Assembly: GCA_002269645.1 (NCBI GenBank)
Contig: NIVC01000887.1
Coordinates: 186,001 to 250,000, forward strand
Direction of reading: 5' to 3'
Source: Macrostomum lignano
Taxonomy: Eukaryota
Length of the DNA stretch: 64,000 nucleotides
Shown in pieces: positions 56,501 through 64,000 of the stretch (its first letter is position 1; every line of letters begins with the position of its first letter). The notes under the pieces were generated by a model. That model saw nothing but the letters and a program-made list of their open reading frames with translations, ran no database searches and was not told the DNA's origin. Both the position numbers and the translations under genes were made by a program.

Positions 56501-59500
56501 CTCAGCCCACACACCTCAGCCACCCAAACCTCAGCCCACACACCTCAGCCACCCGAACCTCCGCCCACAGACCTCAGCCACCCGAACCTCAGCCCACACA
56601 CCTCAGCCACCCAAACCTCAGCCCACACACCTCAGCCACCCAAACCTCAGCCCACACACCTCAGCCACCCGAACCTCCGCCCACAGACCTCAGCCACCCG
56701 AACCTCAGCCCACACACCTCAGCCACCCGAACCTCAATCCACACACCTCAGCCACACGAACCCCCACCCCTCACCTGCTCAGCCAGCCGGCTGCTATTCC
56801 GTTGCTCCAGTTCGAGTTGAGCAGCTAAGCGCTGCGATTCACCGCAAGCGGCCTGCAACTGCTGCTCCAGCTCGGCAACGCGGGACAGAAGCAGAACCTG
56901 CTGTTCCTGTTGTTGTTGCTGCTGCTGCGGCTGCTGCCAGGACTCAGACTCAGTCTGGCTGTCCCTGTTCACAGTGGCCGTCACGCCGTCAATGCTAAAC
57001 GAAGACGCCTCCATTTGGCTGCATTCTAGACGCCGAAAAAATGATTCGGTCAGCTTTTGGCTAACAAAATTATCGTCAAAGCTGTCGGCTCCGACTGGGG
57101 GGAAAATCTGCTGCTGCTGCTGCGACGAGGCTGTTGGCAGCGAGGGTAACGAAGGCGCCGGGGGCGGTGGTGGAGGCGGCGGCGGTGGCTCTTCGCCGAT
57201 GGCGCCTAGCAGGCAGCGTCGCAGAGCGCCGCTATCTGGCAATTGTCGGCGACTGTTTGGCGCCCAGGTGCGTCGGCGCAGCAGCATGGCGGGGACGTCG
57301 CCAGTGGAACTGTCGTCATCGTCTATACCTGAGGCGCCGCAGTACCTGCGTGGGGACAAAAATTTATGAGAATTTTTATTTCTGTATGAACGGTGATTTC
57401 TAACTACTCCATTTGTACTACCTGCAATAGTCTATTGAGCAGTGGCTAAACTACAGGATCAGATGCGCAATTACAAACGAGAGAACACTGACCTGGACAA
57501 AGTCTCCATCTGGTGCAGGACTCGCTGCCGTTCGGACAGCTGCTCCTCGGCCAGCTGACCAAACCGCGGATTCTCGTCCGCTACTCTGGACGTCTCCATC
57601 TGACGAACGAGTCGCTCGTTTTCAGCCTCGACCCGATCCTTCTGACACGTCATCTTGAGCAGCTGCTCTTTTAGGCTCTCCATCTGTTTTTCTAAACGCT
57701 TTCTGTAGGCCTCGTCGGAAACCGACTCGTTCACTACTGGCTTGTTTTTCACAGTCTTGGCGATTGACGCGAACTGCAGGATATTGGGTTGAAGTTCAGT
57801 GAAACTGGGTTTGGATTTCTGTGGAACTGGGTTTGGATTTCTGTGGAACTGGGTTTGGATTTCTGTGGAACTGGGTTTGGATTTCTGTGGAACTGGGTTT
57901 GGATTTCTGTGGAACTGGGATTGGATTTCTGTGGAACTGGGTTTGGATTTCTGTGGAATCGGTTCGGTTTTCTGTGGAATCAGTTTGGATTTCTGTGGAA
58001 CTGGTTTCGAATTTGTGTGGAATCAGTTCGGGTTTCTGTGGAATCAGTTTGGATTTCTGTGGAATCAGTTCGGGTTTCTGTGGAATCAGTTTGGATTTCT
58101 GTGGAATCAGTTCGGGTTTCTGTGGAATCAGTTTGGATTTCTGTGGAATCAGTTTGGATTTGTGTGGAATCAGTTCGGGTTTCTGTGGAATCAGTTTGGA
58201 TTTCTGCGGAACTGGATTGAGATTTAACAGAGCATCTATGAATCCAGCAGAGGCAAAACTTACATTCAGAGTCCGCTGAGATTGGTCGTACACGGCAGGC
58301 GTGATGTTGCAAACAATTAATGTTCTCGAATTGCCGCCCAGACTCGACATCAGGATGCTGGTCAGTTTGCTATCGCGAAATGATATATAGCTAGAAAAAG
58401 AAGCGAGTTTGAACATGACTTAAAAAACTGGCAAGTGTAATAAGTTATGAATCATGCGCTGAGCATTCAATCCAGAAAGCAGCATCTAGCCTACTCACGA
58501 AGAGTTCTCAGATAGCTGCCTGATGACAAGGCACAGGCTGGACAGGCTGGAGTTGATGTTGCACGCCTCTTTCAGCGTAGTGCCGGATGCGCCGGATTCC
58601 GATACGCGTTCCGATCCGGCTAAGTCGACAAGATTCTGAGCAAAAATTAGGGAAATTTGCAGGCGTTATCTACTTCAAGTAGTTTTGTTGCATTTGAAAG
58701 GCTGAGCTAAATTATAGTCTAAAATATTTGCGGAATTATTGTGAAATCTGATAGATCTGTTGTGGACTCTGATAGATCTGTTGTGGACTCTGATAGATCT
58801 GTCGTGGAATCTGATCGATCTGCTGTGGAATCTGATCGATCTGCTGTGGAATCTGATCGATCTGCTCTGGAATCTGATTGATCTGCTGTGGAATCTGATC
58901 GATCTGCTGTGGAATCTGATCGATCTGCTGTGGAATCTGATAGATATGCTGTGGAATCTGATAGATCTGCTATGGACTCTGCTAGATCTGTTGTGAAATT
59001 TAATAGATCTGCCGTGGAATCTGGTCATCTGATCATCTGATCATTCGTAACTGTCAGCAATATCGTCAAGACAAACCAGCACGGAGTTCCAGATGACACC
59101 GTCCTCCTCGCGACAGCGGGACTCGATGGCCAGCCGCAAGATGGTGTGGGATCGGCTTGAACGCTCGTTCATGTTTGTCTCGCCGATGTGTCTCTGGGCT
59201 GTAGGGGGCCGGGGTCATTAATGGCTAAGCATTCATTACATTTACATGTAAACGTAATAAAGGATCTGAGAGGCTGGTCCAGCAACTGAGAATCTGAGAG
59301 GCTGGCGGCCCAGCAACTGAGGATCTGGAAATCTGGCCCAGCAACTGAGGATCTGGGAGGCTGACCCAGCAACTGAGGATCTGGAAATCTGGCCCAGCAA
59401 CTGAGGATCTGGAAATCTGGCCCAGAAACTGAGGATCTGAGAGGCTGGCCCAGCCACTGAGGATCTGGAAATCTGGCCCAGAAACTGAGGATCTGAGAGG

Positions 59501-60734
59501 CTGGCCCAGCCACTGAGGATCTGGAAATCTGGCCCAGCAACTGAGGATCTGGGAGGCTGGTCCAGCAACTGAGGATCCGGGAGGCTGGCCCAGCAACTGA
59601 GGATCCGGGAGGTTGGCCCAGCAATTGAGGATCCGGGAGGCTGGCCCAGCAACTGAGGATCTGAGAGGCTGGCCCAGCAACTGAGGATCTGGAAATCTGG
59701 CCCAGCAACTGAGGATCTGGAAATCTGGCCCAGAAACTGAGGATCTGAGAGGCTGGCCCAGCCACTGAGGATCTGGAAATCTGGCCCAGCAACTGAGGAT
59801 CTGGAAATCTGGCCGAGCAACTCAGGATCTGGAAATCTGGCCCAGCAACTCAGGATCTGGGAGGCTGGCCCAGCAATTGAGGATCTGGGAGGGTAAAATG
59901 TTTCATAACTTGGCGAACAATCAACACTAATCACAAAAGTCTAACCTTCGCCCTTGCTAAGCAGGTTAAGCACTTCATCAACGCTAGTCACAATCTCCTC
60001 TTTGACGTTGCGCAGCGTTGACTTGGTGCGTTCGATGATAACGGAGACCTTCTTGTCCGGATCGTTTGAGAGCAGATCGATCACTCTCTCGTTGTAAATC
60101 TCTAAGAAGGAAATGCTGACAAGAAATTCACGCTCCGTAGCCATTTCCTGGCGTAGTGGAAGACAGTATCAATTTGTTAGTGACAACAGGTTACAGATGG
60201 CAAAATTGATAAAAATGGCTCTTGTACAAGCGTACCAGAAACACAATACGACATTAAAAAAGCAAATAACAAGCTTAACTATTTAATGATCAGTGATGAA
60301 TCCTAGTTACCTGCAGTGCAAATATATCTCTCAAGGCTAGCACAATGACGCCAGGATCTTGCACGCTGCCATACATTGTGTGCGTCTTGCCGCTGGAGGT
60401 CTGGCCGTAGGCAAACACTGTACCGCTGACGCCCTCCATGCAGGATGTTACTATAGGCTTGACAGCTTGCGTGTACAAGGCTTGGGTCTGGTGAGATTTG
60501 CCATAGACACCATCTGCGGGAGACCACCACATGTGATTATAAATAAGTGAAACAGGTATTAACTAAACATCACGGATACTAAAGCTTACCAAAGCAGAAC
60601 CTCTTGGTGCCATCGGCAGTTCTCACTGTAGAGTCTTCAGCTAGCCACTCCTCCTTGCAGCAGCTGTTCAGCTCCCGCTCTATTAGGGGTCTTAAACGAA
60701 CCACTACGGATATTGTTTCTTGTTTTGCATCCAT
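50593..60734 (-). CDS. CENPE: Kinesin-7 / CENP-E-like motor protein, 10 exons, ~1,982 aa
   Basis: Exons 60734-60590, 60513-60311, 60147-59946, 59198-59077, 58635-58499, 58390-58264, 57773-57493, 57345-56775, 55780-53976, 52948-50593; phases 1,0,1,0,2,0,2,0,2 all compatible (5,949 nt). N-terminal motor with [69 protein letters not shown]; post-motor RRRTW; long coiled coil; C-terminal CRQS. Subfamily call is by motif, not phylogeny. Confidence 0.88.
53150..53900. repeat. 33-bp minisatellite (GAGGACCTAAATTAACCAACATTTATGACCCCT) in kinesin intron 9
   Basis: About 18 clean units decaying toward 53900. Confidence 0.95.
55835..56755. repeat. Composite 29-31-bp minisatellite (CTGCCTGAACCTCTGCACACACCTATCTGAG, then CTCAGCCACCCGAACCTCAGCCCACACAC) in kinesin intron 8
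   Basis: Two related unit types with a switch at ~56160. Confidence 0.94.
57800..58215. repeat. 21-23-bp minisatellite (TTGGATTTCTGTGGAATCAGT) in kinesin intron 6
   Basis: Direct periodicity. Confidence 0.93.
58740..59030. repeat. 21-bp minisatellite (ATCTGATCGATCTGCTGTGGA) in kinesin intron 4
   Basis: Direct periodicity. Confidence 0.92.
59262..59890. repeat. 28-bp minisatellite (GGCCCAGCAACTGAGGATCTGGAAATCT) in kinesin intron 3
   Basis: About 22 units read directly. Confidence 0.94.
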
Positions 60735-63642
60735 TTTTGTTCTAGCTGCAAATAGCAAATTATAAATGGTATGCAAATCATTGAGATCGAGAAAACAAGC
60801 ATTCCCTGCTGTTAGTATCCAGTTAATTATACAATACTAATAATTGAAACAAACATTGAGTCACAGGTGAACCAAGGTGACAATAGGTCATATAGAGAAA
60901 GTGAAATGAATACAGAATCATAGAAATGATAAAGTTATATAACTAAACATGTAGAAATTCAAAATTCAATCATAATATTTATATGTTTTTTTGAAAGCAT
61001 CCTTTTCATATTCCTAATACATAGAACAGACACAACAATTAGAATATACATGTAGGGCAATAGCCACATTAGCTGATCATGCTGTATATATGCTAGAACA
61101 AATAAGGCTTAAACCAATTGCACACAGTATACCAAGTAAAAAATAAACTTTGAGGTAAGACAATATGCTTTAGAAGACACAGAAGATACTATAATTTTTC
61201 TGGCATTTTTGCATAATTTATAACATTAATTGAAAAAATAATAAAACATTTAGTGCTTTTTATATAATATAGATTATAATAATTGACCACTTAATAGCCT
61301 AATAATACTTTTTAATATAGTAGGTCTTATTTTTTCATAAAATTTCATAAAAGATTCTTTAATCTGCAACCAATTTGCAACAAAAAAGGAAGGTGACCCT
61401 CATTGCATATTGCATTTTTTTGTACAATTTATGCCAAGGCAAATTAGCAATTTAAAAAGTAAACAAAAGAAATTGAAGATAAAACTACAGAGAATAAAAC
61501 TATAAAAACAAAAATTTGAACAATTTTATGTAGACAAACAAGGCTAATCCTAAAAAATAAGGTTTAAAACCCCTTGGCACATGGTGAAAAGAGAGAGCAT
61601 AATGGAGAAGAGGGTACTAGGGGTGGGATTAATGCTTTATATGAGGCCTATAGAGCAAGCCTAGTATAAATTAGACAATAATCCACAACCCTACTAGCAA
61701 CAATATAAAGGCAAAGGCAGTAGGATGACAGCAAATACAAAGTAGAAATAAGAAATAGAAGGGATCCCAACCCAAAAAGAAAAAAACAAGGGAAAGAGGA
61801 ACCAAGGGTTAATTAATAGAAGCAGCAATTTGCTAGATAGTAGAGAGCACCTATAGGCAAAAGCTAAATAGCCTAAAAATAGTACAGATAGAATTGAAGT
61901 GCCAATAACCATAACCAAGGTAATAGATATTGGCCATAGAGTGGTCACCTTGGCATTCCTTTGGTTTACAATCATTTTTTTACCTGCATTTTGGTTCATA
62001 ATCCCCATGTTATTTTCCATTTCAGTGATTATGGGCTGCTCAAAAGAAACAAAAATGGTTAAACTAGGCTTATTCATTTCACTATAAAAACTGAATAGAC
62101 TAGTTGACCTATAGTTTCTCCTGTGGCATATGGCGATGACAAGGATCCTATATATCCACTTCAGTTTACAATCATTTAAATGGGAAAACATACATGCCCA
62201 ACGTCAAAATTTCACCCATCCAGTGCAACTTAGTTTTGTCTAGATTTGCGACTTAGTTCCTCTCAATTGCAACTTAGTTCCCCCAATTGTAACTTAATTT
62301 TCACTTTGTATATGACTTTTCTTGCCTTTTTCTCTTTTCTTCTCTTTTTTTCTCTCTCTCCTCTTTCCTCTATCTCTTTTCTCTCTCTTTTCTTTTCCTC
62401 TTTTTTTCTCCCAATTTTTCGTTTTTTTTGCATTTTAAATTTTGTAACTTACCTAGGCTGGTAGCCATTTCACCCATCCAATTTAGATAGGTTGGATAGG
62501 TATTAGGCATGTATATGGAAAAATAGATGTAAATGATTGTGAAGCAAAGGAAAACCATCACCTTAAGGTGGTGGTAGCTGCTAGCCTTGTCTTTATACAA
62601 ACTCTAGCCTAAGAAGTTATCCTCACTCAGGGAAACTGGGAAACCTATAGTTTGGATCATACTAGGTGCATGCCTAAACAAAAATTGAATAGTTACAAAT
62701 ATACACAAAAAAATTAAGTGCATGCCTATTCTCTAAACTATGCCAGTATTGCAACAATAAATGACCTTTTATATATTGTGACAATAAATGACCTTTAAAT
62801 GACCTTTTTGAATTGTATAATAGACCCTTTTTGACAAGTTGTTAATTTTTCTAGTTTTTTGGCAATACTATTTATAGTAAAAAATTGATGCATGCAAAGA
62901 TTTGTTTAAATGCTTTATTATGATATATTTAATATCATATATTTTTTTATAAGTATGATTGTATGAGCTTTGTAATATTATAATATAGTATTATAATACT
63001 AATACTAATAATATAGTATTTGAAAGAGCACCTAAATATTATTTACAAAACTTTGACTGAGCTTTAATGACTAACAAAGAAAAAATAAGGAATTAAAAAA
63101 AGACAAGTATTGTGTGAAATTGATATATGTAGTTGGTGGTTTTGAGCAAATCAGTTTAACCTGTAGGTATTTAATAAAGTATATAGGTAAATCAGATAAT
63201 AACAAATTTGTATTAAATATAATATTTGAAAGAGCAAGAGCGTATAAGATTTTTTGCAGTTTTTTCAGACGAACTATATGGACTAACAACAGAATGACAG
63301 GTAATTAAGTAGGGAGTTATAAAAACAGGTACCATATGGCTTTGATGCAAAAAATGGTTCATCCAAAATGCAATTTAAAATAGGTAATTAAGCATTATCC
63401 TGCTAATGAAAAATATCAAGTATAAGTATTGCTTACATTATTTGGTGATTATTATAAAAATATATTATTTGAAAGCCTGAAAACCTTTTAACTTTGTCTT
63501 TAGCAACTTTCAATGCTTAAATTTGGGGCTGAATTCGAATCTCGGCTTGGATATGCTCATGCAATTAACGGCCTTGAGAGCCAACCCCCCAAGGTGCAGT
63601 GAAGTGTACATGCCTAATGATAAATAAAGTTAGGGCCACTAT

Positions 63643-63816
63643 CATGCTTGGGCGCAACCTTGGGATTCACTCGGCCGTTTCTATTGGCAACACACACACA
63701 CGTAAGTCGCTATTGGACGGAATAGTAGTCACGTGACTGCACTCAGCCAATAGCGACTTACATGTATGTGTTGCCAATAGAAACGGCCGAGTGAATCCCA
63801 ATGTTGCGCATGCATG
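63643..63816. mobile_element. 174-bp palindromic MITE with 8-bp target-site duplication (hAT-type signature)
   Basis: Starts CATGC and ends GCATG; ~70-bp arms are near-perfect inverted repeats; GCCACTAT at 63635-63642 and 63817-63824. Confidence 0.8.
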
Positions 63817-64000
63817 GCCACTATACACTCCTGTGTGAGTGTGTGCCTATGTATGTATCTGCACACTTGTATGCCTACTCAGGGGAGTCGGCAGAATGGG
63901 CAATAATGCCTCTTGCTGGTTGTGAGCCTATTTCGCTTAAAGTGCGCCAGGGTGCACACAACCCCCTGCCTCTAATAAAAAATAAAAACTTTTAACATCT

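Overview
Eukaryotic (metazoan) genomic DNA: GC-rich spliceosomal exons sit in introns largely filled by unrelated mini/microsatellites. The style resembles the flatworm Macrostomum, but that is inference only. Most long ORFs in the supplied track are translations of tandem repeats, not genes. Five protein-coding genes were rebuilt by hand from GT-AG junctions and reading phase: two tandem tetraspanin paralogues (minus, 5 exons each, ~295 aa), an SH3-domain adaptor (plus), a Shaw/Kv3-type potassium channel (minus, with a probable extra C-terminal exon) and a ~1,980-aa kinesin-7/CENP-E-like motor (minus, 10 exons). Mobile DNA comprises a decayed LINE RT, a tRNA-derived CORE-like SINE, a frameshifted mariner and three MITEs. 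The best leads are a tandem KEN-box array in the CENP-E tail, mutually inverted G/C-rich minisatellites bracketing the SH3 exon, a Kv3 whose PVP gate hinge is TVP, and a ~70-copy AP-1/ARE-motif array upstream of a tetraspanin. No CRISPR, rRNA or convincing tRNA gene was seen.
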